Positions 11,451 through 24,494 of a stretch of 64,000 nucleotides of DNA are shown here, piece after piece (the stretch's first letter is position 1; each line of letters begins with the position of its first letter). The stretch comes from Eledone cirrhosa. Taxonomy: Eukaryota. The stretch lies in the NCBI GenBank assembly GCA_964016885.1, contig OZ024740.1:58094001-58158000 (forward strand), read 5' to 3'. Below the pieces are notes generated by a model. That model ran no database searches. It was given only the letters and a program-made list of their open reading frames with translations, and was not told where the DNA came from. A program made the position numbers and the translations under genes.

Positions 11451-14100
11451 TTCCATGCTTGCAAGGGTGGAACGGATCCTATTCGTCACGGTCCTTCGTC
11501 ATCTCCTCCGTGAGCTTCAGCAATCTGAGGTCTGCTCTCACCATTGCCGCCCATAATTTTTGTGGCCTTCCTCTACGGTGTCTTCCTTCTACTGGGATTT
11601 TTTGGCACTTCTTTACCCAGCGGTCATCCTCCATGTGCATCACATGTCCATACCAATGCAGTCTTCTCTCCTGCACACTACAGCTTATTCTTCTTATGCA
11701 CAGTTTCTCTCTCAACTCGTCTAGGCTTGGTCATTCATGCACATTGACATTGCACATCCAACGGAGCATGCTTGGTTCATTTCTCTCCAGCCATAGCATA
11801 TCCTCCGCAGTTGCTGCCCATGTCTCACTACCATGCAGCATCGCGCATCTCACACAGGCATCATATAACCGGCGTTTTGTTCGTAGGGAGAAACCCTTAT
11901 TTGTCAATAGAGGAAGCAGCTCCCTAAACTTCTTCCAACCTGTCCTTATTCTAGATACTATGGCCTCGGAATACCCTCCTCTTTTTCTAATCTAATCACT
12001 TAGGTATCAGAAGCTATCAACCACCTCTATAGATCCTACCTGCATTTGAAAAATGTGTCTATCACTGCAACTTCTGTCAAATTTCCCTGTATATCTACTG
12101 CATATGTAGTTTTCCCAACCTGTTAGTTTGCCTGCTATCCCACTACATCTCTTGTGTACCCAAGATCTGCATTGTGTATATTTTATAGAATTTATGCCAA
12201 CTCCTTTTCTACATATCGAACATGGCCATTTTCCTGATGGAATCAGAGTTTTGTCCTCTTTCGTCTTAGCTAGGTTCATTCTCAGTCCTCTTGATTCCAA
12301 CTGCTGTTTCCATAGCCAGAATTTATTCTCTAGCTCTTCTACTGATTCTGCCATAAGAACCAGATCATCAGCATAGAGAAGTTCCCATGGGCAGCCAGTC
12401 TTAAACTCCTCTGTTATGGCTTGGAGGACTATAATGAACAAGAGTGGGCTGAGGACCGAACCTTGATGTACTCCTACTTGTATCTGGAATTCCTCACTAA
12501 ACTCCATTCCTACTCTCACTTTACTGACAGCACCCCTGTACTTAGCTTGCACTGTCCTCACCAGCCATTCCTCTACTCCTAGTTTCCTTAGGGACCACCA
12601 GATGACAGATCCGGGTACTTTATCAAAAGCCTTCTCTAGGTCAACAAAAGCTAAGCATAGTGGCTTATTCTTCTCTAAGAACCTCTCTTGTAGTTGTCTC
12701 ACTAAGAAGAGGGCATCTGTTGTACCCGTTGTACCAGGCACAAAACCAAACTGCATCTCATCTAATTTGACCCTTTCTCTAATTAGTTGTGCTAGTATTT
12801 TTTCTGCCGCTTTCATAACCTGATCCTACTTTTCCTGATGCCTTCAGCATCTCAGCAGCCTTACTACTTTTCATTTCCTTAATTACCTCATTGACGCTAT
12901 AGTCGTCAATTTCAATAGCTGGTCCCTCTGTCGGGTCTACTGGGGGTAGTTTCTCTCTCTCCCATTCATTCTCAACATTCATCAGTCTCTCATAATGACA
13001 TTTCCAGGCCTCCTTTTTCTGAGCATCAGTGACACTAAGTGCAGCAGCAGCATTTCGGACACACTTATCTCCAACAACATCCTGATTTACACTGACACAC
13101 TGCCTTGCAATTCGGAACACCGCACATCTCTGATCTTCTCGTCGCAGAGCATTGGCAAACCTCCTACTCTCAGCTTCCCTGCGTGTCAAGTACACCTGAC
13201 ACCTAGCTTCTCTCTTAGCGGCTGTGTATCAGTCTCTACTCCCACCATTTTCCAAGCCTTCCATGCTAGTTTTTAATGGCCCTATCTACCATGCTGTTCC
13301 ACTACCAGGTCACCTTCTGTCTGATCGAGCTCTGCTCCAGCCACAAGTTTCTTCAGTAGCCTGCAGTAAGTTGTCACGTAAGAAATTCCAGTTATCATCT
13401 ATGTGATACGATTCTAACTCGTCTTCTTTTTCGTCATACACATCTTGAAGGGCTTTCCTAAATTTATATTTTAGTGAAAGGTCTTTTAGCTTCCAGACCT
13501 TCCTTTTCCACACCTTCCTGTATATCTCATTTTGTCTCTTGCTTATTGATATATCACTAACGACTAACCTATGCTGAGGGATACATTCTTCCCCTGGGTA
13601 TGCCTTAGTATTTGAGACCATCTGTCAGTCTCGTTGCCTAACTAACAAGAAGTCAATCTGGCTTATGTGCTCGCTTGATTGGTAGGTTATTAGGTCGTTG
13701 GTAGGTTTCTTGAAATTAGTGTTGCAAATGTTTAGTGCACTTGCATCACAAAATTCAAGAAGCCTCACTCCTTCGTTTCTTGAGCCATAACTATGACCAC
13801 CATGTACTCCAGTGTATCCATCCTGGGGATGTCCAACATGACCATTGAAGTCCCCTTGATCTCTGTTCTCTGTCATTGTGGTTGTTTCTAGAAGTTGCTC
13901 GTAAAAGCAGTTTTTCTCTTCTTTACCTAGGCCCGCTTGGGGAGCATAGGTAGAGATAATTGTCAGAACTCTTGCCTACAACTAATCTAAATCTTAATTA
14001 TTCTATTACTGACTCTCACTACCTCTATTGTCTTATTGATCCAGCTCTCGGCCAGTAAAATGCCTACCGACCTAACCCATCATCATTTCCTACCCACAAA
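11448..14100 (-). mobile_element. Near full-length degenerate RTE LINE (APE + RT + PHD-like finger)
   Basis: Broken ORFs: GDFNGHVG and SQIDFLL (APE endonuclease), AFVDLEKAFD, GVHQGSVLSPLLF, YADD, WPCSICRKGVG..WVHKRCSG, RLHWYGHVMHM..GRPQKLW. Several frameshifts. Confidence 0.92.
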
Positions 14101-14195
14101 AGCTTATAGTTGGTGGTAATATTAACTTAATGATACATGTAATTGTAAATATAATTTATAAAAGCTGCAGTTCATTAATTCTATTTTCATTACAG

Positions 14196-14262
14196 GTCTT
14201 CTACTAAAGTTACTAGAAATTATATACCAGCTTCTTGAAACTGATGCTTACAGAACTAAAAG
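14196..14262 (+). CDS. SPO11: SPO11 internal coding exon B (67 nt)
   Basis: cattacag acceptor and gtattt donor. Reads LLLKLLEIIYQLLETDAYRTK(R), resembling vertebrate SPO11 LILKILSMIYKLVQSNTYATKR (recalled). Phases fit both neighbours. Confidence 0.92.
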
Positions 14263-14834
14263 GTATTTAAAACTGAATATATTTGACTGTGTAGATGCTT
14301 AATGACCGCTTTAAAAGAAACAAATGTTACCTTATTTTTGTGTAAATGAACGTCAAATCTATTAGGTCTCAATATTTAAAAAAATTCTTTGTTGAAATTC
14401 AGGTGGTAGATTGATAAAATCTGTATTTAGATATATACCTTCATGAGTTTATATTCTGTATAAGGTCAATAAAATAAGTAACATCTAAGTATTAGTCTTA
14501 ATAATCATGAAAGGATTTTCATGATTGCTACTACATGTAAAGCCAGCAGTTATTTCCTCGTGATTGTTTGATGTAAATATTCTCTGCTGTGACCCCAATT
14601 AGGGTCAGAAATCAATGAAGAATATTTATCATTTTTTTGTTTTCAATTTAGAGGGAAATACAAGAAGTTGAAATGTTTGCATATCTATATAGTCAATGTA
14701 TATATTTATATACGCATTTACACAGTTTCAGTTAAATTCTGTACTTTATATGAATTCGTGGGTGGTGGGTAAATTCTGTTACATTCAGTTAAATTCTGTT
14801 ATAGTAACAGAACAGATGAGGTGCCAGCATACAG

Positions 14835-15760
14835 GGATATAGTTTTTCTGACATCCACCTGGAAATTTAGCAACGGCATGTTTTTGCTTAGATTGTTTTC
14901 ATTATAAATAATATAGGAAGTATGGAGACTTAATTTAATGAAGTACAGGAAGAACTTCTTGATTCATTTGATGATTTTTCTGACAGTATGAGATGATAGG
15001 ATAGTATTTGGTCGACTTTATCATCACCATTCATGTTCTCAGTGGCCAATATATGTTTATTCAATTTTTTACATACCTCCCATTTTTCAAACACTCATTT
15101 CATCAGTAGGCTTTGTGGATTTTGTTTTTACACACCTTTCATTTTGCCATATGACAATGAATCTTTGGTGGTTCACTCCTATTTCAATTGAGGGTGTCAA
15201 CATATGTATCAGCAGGAAGGACTTCACCTGTCTCTGTAAAGTGAATAAAAGTTTCTAACAAGCATATCAATGACTCAGAAGACAATACAATGAAGTGTAT
15301 TCAGTGCTATCAGGCTTGTTGCCATCAGGCTTTGGGGCTTAGTAGGGGATTCAGAACATTCCAAGTTTGTACTCTAATAATTCAATAATTCTAAAGCAGA
15401 ATTTTTGAAAAGGCATATCACTATGAATCTGAAGGTGCACCACTGAAACGTAGGAGGCAGAGCCATCCAGTTCTCCTCTGGTGATGGGTCTGATGGCCAT
15501 TATATATCAGAAGATTCCAACAATATACTGAGTGTGAATCAGCAAATACATATGACCTGATACAATATCTTAAACGTATCTTAGGGTTGCAGAATCTGAA
15601 GGTAAATTGTCCTCCCCCTTCATGTATTGAATTGTGTTCATAAGGAAGATAATATTTTGAATTACAGCATCAATTATTAGGTGCATTTTCATAAGTTTGC
15701 CTTTATCTTCTTCTGGACTATCTTCATTATTTTGGAAATGAAGAAATTTCATCAGAAAGA
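14835..15760 (-). mobile_element. piggyBac transposase remnant
   Basis: Minus-strand pieces FLHFQNNEDSPEEDKGKLMKMHLIID, DKVDQILSY and IKKFFLYFIKLSLHTSYIIY..LLNFQVDV match piggyBac DDD transposase motifs. Contains stops and deletions. Confidence 0.75.
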
Positions 15761-16354
15761 TAATAGCAATTGGTGTACAGCTCTGCAGATTCTTTATTAG
15801 TAAGCCTCTTTCTAGAGGCTGCAGTTTTTTCTGATGTTGCAGTCACTTGGTACTAGCTGCCAAAATTATTGTCTACTTCTGTGGATAACATCATCAATTA
15901 ATTTATAACAATGAATTGTCATGACATTTGATAGATTGTCAACAAACTAAACTAATATATGTCTTCATACAAGGAATGGGTGGTAAAAGATGTACTAGTA
16001 TATTTTTGGCACTCAAAGAATTTAATGAAATATATAATTTCAAAGTACATAAAACATGACTTCATAGCCAATATATATGAAGCCTCGAGAATTTAACAAA
16101 TAATATATGGAACTTGATGATAGTTTTGATAATACTTGCTTTAGGAGTATCTTTGAAAATTCTTTTATGTCAGGAATGAGATGTCTACCCAGCCTATCTA
16201 TTGAATTCCATATGAAAAGAATCAATATATTTGCTTGTGGGTCAGTGTTAGTTGGTTTAAATAAAGTGATAAGATCTAGAGCGCAATATAGAATCTATTT
16301 GAAGATTCACTGTTCATAAGCAAAAGAAAATCCACACACACACTTACATACATG

Positions 16355-16413
<59 letters not shown>

Positions 16414-16639
16414 GCAATATAAAATGTAGTAATAAACAAAATCATGAAAACTTGGCACTACACTATAGTCGTCCTATATTATCATAGTATCTCTTTGTTT
16501 ACAATCTTACGATGTTACAAGTTTGCAGATTGAAAAGTTTTACAAAAATAAACAAAGCCTAGAGTAAATAGATTATCTGCAATTACATTGCTCTACTAGA
16601 TTAAAGGTTTTTATAAGCGCTTGTTCTTCTATATTATTC

Positions 16640-17095
16640 TATATTTTTGTATATATTTTGTAGGGGTTGCATGGATCTATTGTATGTAAAATCACATGTT
16701 GTTTTGATTCAGTGCTGTCTGTTTTGTTTAACATCTTGGATTTCACTTTCATTTTCACCATCACATGTTCATCACACTCTGATAATTGTCTCTTCTGCAT
16801 GCATCAACAAATGTTTTTAATGTCCAGCCACTATTTCAGCTGACTTGTGCTCTGCCTTTCTTGCAATTTTCCATTACTCATTTAGCAAACGACACTCAAA
16901 TCATTTCTCTCTACCCATTGCAGACATTTCACATTCAATGCCCATATCTTGCTATTATTTAACCACATATGCCATATACAAACTTCATACAGCCTGTTTT
17001 TACATGAAGACAAACAGCCTTTGTTGACTACTTGAAATTTGTCCAGCCCTTTGTTGCTCTTGAAACTATACTTCACTATAACACTCATCACTAAT
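16640..17095 (-). mobile_element. Old RTE LINE 3' remnant
   Basis: RLYEVCI..SKIWALNVKCLQWVERND resembles the RTE C-terminus seen at 25770-25860. Confidence 0.55.
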
Positions 17096-17569
17096 TATGT
17101 CAACTGAGTGACTGAAACTATCTGTTATTTCTAGTAAAGAATCTGAGTAGATTTCTATTGTTAATTATATTTGTATAGCAGAGAAAAGCGGACGTAAAAT
17201 GATGATGATGATACCTTTGGCGTTTTGATTTTCTACAATCTATGAGTTCTCATTGAATCTTTTGTATACTCATACTTTTCATTAGGTTCAATTATCTATG
17301 TATATGAATTTAAAGCAACGGAAATATATCAATATCATTTGACCAAATATGCCTTAGCATTGCTTTCAAAAGTGTTATTGGTTGTACCAATTCCAATTCT
17401 ATCTTTTTAGAAAATGTATACAATCTCTTAGTTTTCTTACTATGCTTTATTCAAGTAGCTTATAACATATTAACCATTGACTTATATTGCCTGCTCTGGG
17501 AGGCATTGGATGGACACACAAAGGTTGCTTGTCCTGAGATCCCAGCATGGGTCCGGAAGAGAGCAAACT

Positions 17570-20260
17570 TTAACAATTGTTAACTGGAATATTACAACCT
17601 TTAGAGGTAAGCAGCAGGAATAAGTGGAGGCAACCACATGCTGCTGACTAGATATTGTCAGGATTTCCTCAACAAAGTTCCATGGCTCTGATACTATAGA
17701 TTTGGATGGAGGATGGAATTTCAGTATTCAGGTGTGGTGCCAGAAATGACTGCACAGGTAGGAGCGGGGTTACTCACAAGCCTCAACTGTCAGTAGTCAG
17801 TATGTGTTATAGACTGGATCCCATTGGGAAGGAGGATTTGCCTCTTGAAGCTTAGACTGAAAGATAGATCTCTGTGGATGGTGCAAGATTATACACCAAA
17901 CAAAGAGCCCAAATACAGATCCTTCCTTGATGAAGACACTGCAACATTAAAAGTAAAGACTCAGTTATATATCCTAATGGGAGACTTGATGCATATGTTG
18001 GCACTGACCACCTGACATGGAAAGGAATGATTGGAAGGAACGGCAATCCTAATCTAAATACAAATGGAGAAGTCTTATTAGACTTCTGTTCAAGCAATGG
18101 ACTCGCTATTATGAACACCATCTTCCAGCACAAAGACATCTATAAATATACATAGTATAATGAAAATTAAGAACAGAGATCAATAATTGATTTTGTTATT
18201 GTCTCTGATCTCTTTGATTCTGTGCTGGATGTTCATGTTAAGAGAGGAGCCAAATGGTCAACTGATCACTATCTAGTTTTCTGTAACCTCAGAATACATA
18301 AAGCCAAGAAAGCCTAGGCTGGTCCAGCTTGACCTACAGGATAAGGGGGGGAAGTGCTGGTGGATAAGGAAGTCAGGACCAGGTATGAGGATACTATTGC
18401 ATTCAAATTGATAGAACTTCCTGAGCAAGCTAAGGACCTTGAAATGGAGTGGAAATTATTTAGCTTGGCAGTTTCTGCTTCAGCTGTTAAATTCTGTAGC
18501 CAAAGGCGACTTGGTGTGGTGGAAGGGCCCCTTGGTTCAATGAGGAGCTTTAAGATACCATCCGAGCAAAGAAGGAGGCTTACAAAGCTTAGTTTGGAAA
18601 TATGTCCTCCTTCTTGCTCTTGTAGTACAAGCAGGCATAAAAAGTCGCAGTAGAGACAGTAAAGGCGTTGAAAGTTAAGATGTAAAGACTTTGAGGTTAA
18701 GCTGGAATCCAACTTCAGATCAGCAAATAAAGTGTTCTGGCAGACCATCTGCCAACTTGATAATAAGAAGTCCTCCTTCATACATGCTATCAGGAATGCA
18801 TCTGGGGGTTCTCTCTGCAGAGAGGGACATCTCCAAGAGGTAGAGAGAATACATTGCTGATTTCCTAAACCTGGCCATAACAGCATCTTCTGATGTACAT
18901 GAGATGCATCTGGGAGTGATGACTAACCTCTCGGTTGCTGAGGTCACAAGAGCAATTAAAGAGCTCAAATGTAGTAATGCCTCTGAGGAGGATGAAATTC
19001 AGCTCTGGATGTTAAAAGCCTTAAATAGAGAAGGTAATCTCTGGCTGACTTGTGTGCTGGCTGGCCTGGATCTCTAGAAAGGTACCGAAGCAATAGTAAT
19101 CAGGAGTGATAATTCCAATTTTCAAAAAGGGAGACAAGAAAGATTGCTCTAATTATAGAGGGATCTCTTTGTTAAGTCTACCTGGTAAAGTCTATACTAA
19201 GTGTTTGGCAAAGAGATGCAGGGATATTGTTGAGTTCAAGCTAGCTGACAAACAGTGTGGTCTTCACTCCAGATGCGGCACAACTGACCAAATATTTACT
19301 CAGCATTAGGTCTTTTTGAAATTGTGGGAATATTTCCAAGAGGTGTATGCTTGTTTTATAGACCTTGAAAAGACATATGAGTGCATTCCATGGGACCTGT
19401 TGTGGAAAGTTTGCCAGGAGTATAGGATCAATGGACAGCTTCTTGTAGCCATTATGTCTCTATATATTTTTCTTCGGATAAATGGTGATGAGTCAAAACC
19501 ATTTGATGTAGGTGTTGAACTCTGCCAAGGGTATGTACTGTTACCACTCCTGTTCATTCTCTTCATGAATAGGATTGACATTGCTATGGTATGTATGCTA
19601 CTGATTGCTGCATGGTAGGTATGAAAATCAGTGCAGCAAAGACTGAGACACTCATCCTCTCAAGGAAGCTTGTGCAATGCACTCTACATTTGAGTGGAGT
19701 TTCAGTGAAGTAGGTAGGGAAGTTCAAATACCTTGGGAGCAGGTTCATGAGTGATGGAAGGCGTGAGGCTGAATTAATTGCAAGAATTGCTGGAGCTGGT
19801 GCAGTAATGTGCCAGCTTCAGCATTTGGTTATCAGAAGAACAGTGGTAGGTGTAAAAGCTAAACTCACTATCTTCAATTCAGTTTTGTGACAACCCTTAA
19901 CTATGGTCATGAATCTGAAGTGTTGTTCGAGTAATGTTACTTCATAGAGTGCATAACTCAGATATCAGTGTTGCTCCAGGCAGTCACTACTTCTTCAAAT
20001 TGACAGCTTCGATACAACGGACATGTTAGAATGTATCAGGAATGAATTGCTGAACAGATTTTACAAGCAAAATCAACTGGCAGGAGACCCAGGTGTAAAC
20101 CCCAAGCTGGATGGTTGGATAACATCCAGAGCTTGGTTGGTTTCGCTTTGGGAAGCAGCTGGATCAATTGGAGATGGTTGTTCCTGACCAGGACTCGCTG
20201 GAAGGCACGCTTGAGGATTCTACCCTCATAACCCTTCCAGTAATAAGTGGGCAAAGAAGA
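17570..20260 (+). mobile_element. Degenerate RTE-clade LINE, second family (APE + RT, no PHD seen)
   Basis: APE fragments (RICLLKL, ILMGD), IIPIFKKGDKKDCSNYRGISLLSLPGKVY, CFIDLEKTYE, QGYVLLPLLFILFM. Many stops. Confidence 0.85.
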
Positions 20261-21489
20261 CTTATATTGCCAAAAATCTTCACAATAGTTAGAGCAGCTT
20301 GTTTAACTCTTGATATCCTGTAATGGTTTAGCAGAAAATATTTTATGTTTTATTTTTAATTTAAATGTTTATAGTATCTTTACTACTAAGATCATTGTGA
20401 AATTTGCAGTAAGCTAAAGCCTAATTTTTAACATGACACAATTGTAATGCAGTTTTGTTCTTTTCAAAAATCTCTTGCAAATTTGGTTTCATGTGGTGCT
20501 AGACATTAAGAGTTGACAATCAGTGTTAATACTCATCTTGTAGTTTCCCTCCAGCCAGAAAATCTGTCCAGTACCACTTACCCAGTCATTCTCCTCTAAT
20601 AATATAATCATATTTTATTCTGTGACCTTCCTGAGACCTGAAGTCAGATTGATAGGCCTGTAATTATCATTTCACACAAAGATAAGATATGATTTCTTCT
20701 GTTAATATTTCAGAATATCTGAAGTAGTTTAGCTTGTCTCTTTCTCTTATGGAAATTGTTCATCCAGTATTTCTTATACCTTTCTGTTGCCTTATTTTAT
20801 AGTGTATTGCAGCTGTTTCATTTGCAAATCTATAGAATACTTCATGGCTAGTTTTATTTCTACAACTTGGTTTCTTCTACTCTTCTAATTTTCCATGAAA
20901 CATCTTGTTATGGATTGAGTTTCCCTGAGTGATATTCTAAACATGCATTTTTTCCTATTATTGATTCATCCATTTAATCAAATCAAGACTTGTGTGTTCA
21001 TCGTGTTATGCATTTCCAATTATTCAAGATATTTTTTTTTATTAAAATTTTTTTCTTCAAATTCTAGATATTAATATATAATTGGGGTTAAATTTTGTCA
21101 TAAAGAGAAAAATGAAGTGTGATACATGGCTATGGTAAACAGAAGAATGATGCTTGTCTGTGGAATGTTAAATACATGGCAATTTGTTTGTGAAGCAAAG
21201 GCCACTCTCACACACATACACACACACACTTCAATAACAGATGACAGCAATTTTGTCATCCTGGCTGACCAGCCAATTGATCACCTACCAATCAGGTAAT
21301 GACACAAACCAAATTAACTACTTGCTTGTTAGAAAATTGGATAGAGATGGTTATGAATGCTAAGGCATTTTCCAGAGAAGAATGCACTCTCTGGCACAAT
21401 CTAGTTATCAGTGACATCAGAATAAGAACTAGACAAAATTGAAAACACAGAAAAAAATCCTAGGAAGGCTCCATAGAAGTGGATGATAA

Positions 21490-22200
21490 TTTCTGCTACT
21501 TGGGTGTGAAGCAATTTTCTCTGAAAGCATAGTAGCTAGAATAAGAACAGAATGAGAAAAGTTCAAGATGCTACTAACAATGTTAACAAAAGGTTTCTCT
21601 CTACAAACAAAAGTTTGGCTGTATGTCTCTTGCATGCAAAATGTAATGCTGTATGGAAGTGAAACATTGAAAGTAAATACAGAGCATATGCCAAAGCTGG
21701 AGAGAAATGGAGTGAGTATTCTTCAATGGATGTGTGATGTTGACGTGAATGAACAGTGAAGCATGGATGAGCTGAAAGAGAAACTGAGGATAACGGGAAT
21801 AAAATGTAGTGTGCATGAGAGAAAACTGTTGGTATGGAGATGTTACGTATCTGGAGGGTGATCATTTGGTGGAAAAGTGCCAAGAGTTTCCAGTGAAAGG
21901 AAACAGCGATAGCGGAAGGCAAAAGAAAACTTGTGGAGAAGTGGTGAGAATAGATCTCAAAATGGTGAACCTCACAAAGGAACACAGAGTTGGGGGATGT
22001 TGTGCTGGAAAAGACCCATCCAGATCATGTAAGCATGAAAAAACGAACATAAAAAGGATGGTGATATGTGTAGTGCTGGTGCCACAATAAAATGCACTCA
22101 GTACTCTTTGTGAAATGGTTGGCATTAGAAAGAACATCCAGCTGTGGTGACGATGCCAAAATGGAAATAATGAACAAGACATGGTCCTCTAACCTGCATG
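21490..22200 (+). mobile_element. RTE LINE 3' fragment plus UTR/SINE-like tail
   Basis: KGFSLQTKVWLYVSCMQNVMLYGSETL..LERN motif; WYG; tail gtaagcatgaaaaaacgaac. Confidence 0.75.
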
Positions 22201-23899
22201 AAAAATAGATGTATTCACACACACACATACAGAGTTGCGAATAACAAATAATACTAGCAATGGAAACATAGTTTCCTTGGTCCAATCTGATGATCGGCCC
22301 CTTTCCTTATATAGACATATAGTAGAAAAAGATTCTTAATAGCCGATAGCCATCCTATACGACTCCATTAAACCCAAACAGGCTTAGGTTGCTTTCACTA
22401 TGCAAGGAATTTGATCTTAGCATAACTAATAGCTTTTTTCAATAACCTGCAAACCATAAGACAACATGGATGTATCCTAGATCCAAGGATTGGTACATGA
22501 TTGACTATGACCTAAAATATTTCAAAATCATTCACTATTTTCACCCTTCTTGCTATCTCTCACACCATGTACTGCTGCACAGTAAGGTTTCATTCAATTT
22601 TCCAATCAAAAGGCATCTTCAAAAGCCTCCTACCTCACCCAAGGTTGATGTTGGTGCTTTGAGATCCACTGATAGGAGACTGGAACTTTCTGTAAAACTT
22701 GACTCATCCCTCGACTCTGTCCACATTTCTGATGTCAATGAGGCTTCTTGGAAAGCGTTCAACGATGCTACTTATGCAGCATCCATAGAAATCTTAGGAT
22801 TTCCTATGAGAAAACCAGGACTTTTCAAGAGAAAAGACTGCATTGGTATGGACATGTGATGTATATGGAAGCTAGCAGCTGTATAAAGAAATGCAGAGAA
22901 ATCCTAATAGCTGGGACCTGTAGAAGAGGCAGGCCCAGGAAGAATTGGGATGATGTTCTGAAGATTGACTTAAAGAAACAAGCCTTTCAACAGACGACTG
23001 TGAAGGCTGGCATGGTGTGCTGATGAAGACCCAACAAGAAGCATATGTGAGCCGACCCATTCCTGTGTCCTATCCACTTCCACAAGCACTCCCCAGCAGC
23101 TGTCCTCATCATCATTACACCCCACTATCCATGCCACCTCCAGTATCATTCCTTAGCTCCTCCCCCTCTAATGTCCTTAAGTATTCTCACTATTCCAACC
23201 TAGTAGCTATTCTACCCCTGTGCACTCCCTACACTACCACCCCTTAGTTATTTCTCTATCACTTCACTCCCCTCGCATGCTTTTGATGACACCATCCCAC
23301 ACGCCCTATACTATCAGTCACCCCTTACTCATCACCCTGTCAAGTCACCTCACTTCCCATGTACCCAGAATATCCTACCTAACTCCCTTCCCCTCAGCCT
23401 CCCATACCAAATCCACAGAGCAGAATGGACTCTTCAATTGGGACTGAACAACAACCTCTCTCATGGCAGTGCCACAAAAACGCATCTGGTACATCCTGTA
23501 AGGTGGCTGGCGACAGGAAGGGCACCTTGTTATAAAAACCATGCGTCAGAGGGTTGAGACGATGCCTGAATTGTGTCAAGGACATGACGACCTCCCTAGT
23601 TTTGGTGATCTATATGATAAACACACCCAATACATGCTATAAAGTGGTTGGTAATAGGAATAGCATCCAGCTGTAGAAGGCTTTCCAAACAAAGTGCTGG
23701 TGTCACAATAAAATGCGCTTGGTAGAAAGTGGTATTGTATGTAAGTGAGATGTGAACCCCTGGCCTCTCTGGGAGGACAGTAGCTCCACATCGGTACTGA
23801 TTTGGTCTGTGAAGACCAGGGAAGTGGATGTTAAATGATGATGATAAGGATATATATATATAAATAGTTAAAAGAATAGAGGTGTAACACACAAGTTAT

Positions 23900-24295
23900 T
23901 ATATATTGGTAAACGGAATAGAAAATGCTGACAAATTGTTCACAGTTGAAAAATGGTTTAATTAGGAATAAAAGAGTATTAGTGATTGTATGGGTTAGTA
24001 TTCAGTTGTGGTTTTAAGTTTTTAAGTTTTTACCGGTTGCGCATTTCTAAATGCTTTTCAAAAATAATTTTGAGATAGAGTGTCCGTGCTGTTTGCTCTG
24101 ATCAGAGCAAACAGCACGGACACTCTATCTCAAAATTATTTTTGAAAAGCATTTAGAAATGCGCAACCCTTAAAAACTTAAAACCACAACTGAATACTAA
24201 CCCATACAATCACTAATACTCTTTTATTCCTAATTAAACCATTTTTCAACTGTGAACAATTTGTCAGCATTTTCTATTCCGTTTACCAATATATA
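23900..24295. repeat. Spacerless ~400-bp palindrome
   Basis: Centre gctctga|tcagagc at 24101/24102. By eye the arms are exact reverse complements except for one 8-nt indel near 24026-24034. Confidence 0.93.
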
Positions 24296-24303
24296 TAAAT
24301 ATA

Positions 24304-24463
24304 TATATATAGAATTTATACATAGCATTAGACTTATATCAAAATTTCTGCTAGCCCTGGTAGATTCCAGTGGATTTTCGAAATCACACTAAAGACTTGT
24401 GTATAAAAACTAGTTAATGCTTTCACACTACCTACTCTATCATATCACCTGCTGATGACAACA

Positions 24464-24494
<31 letters not shown>

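Noticed and set aside
16040-16319. Overlapping short ORFs as a nested gene
   Set aside because: No recognisable domain or splice support. They lie between transposon relics and are likely decayed repeat sequence.
11448-17211. Inversion separating the LINE at 11448 from the orphan tail at about 17180
   Set aside because: SPO11 exon B lies between them in the correct orientation, and the orphan tail fits the SINE tail equally well.
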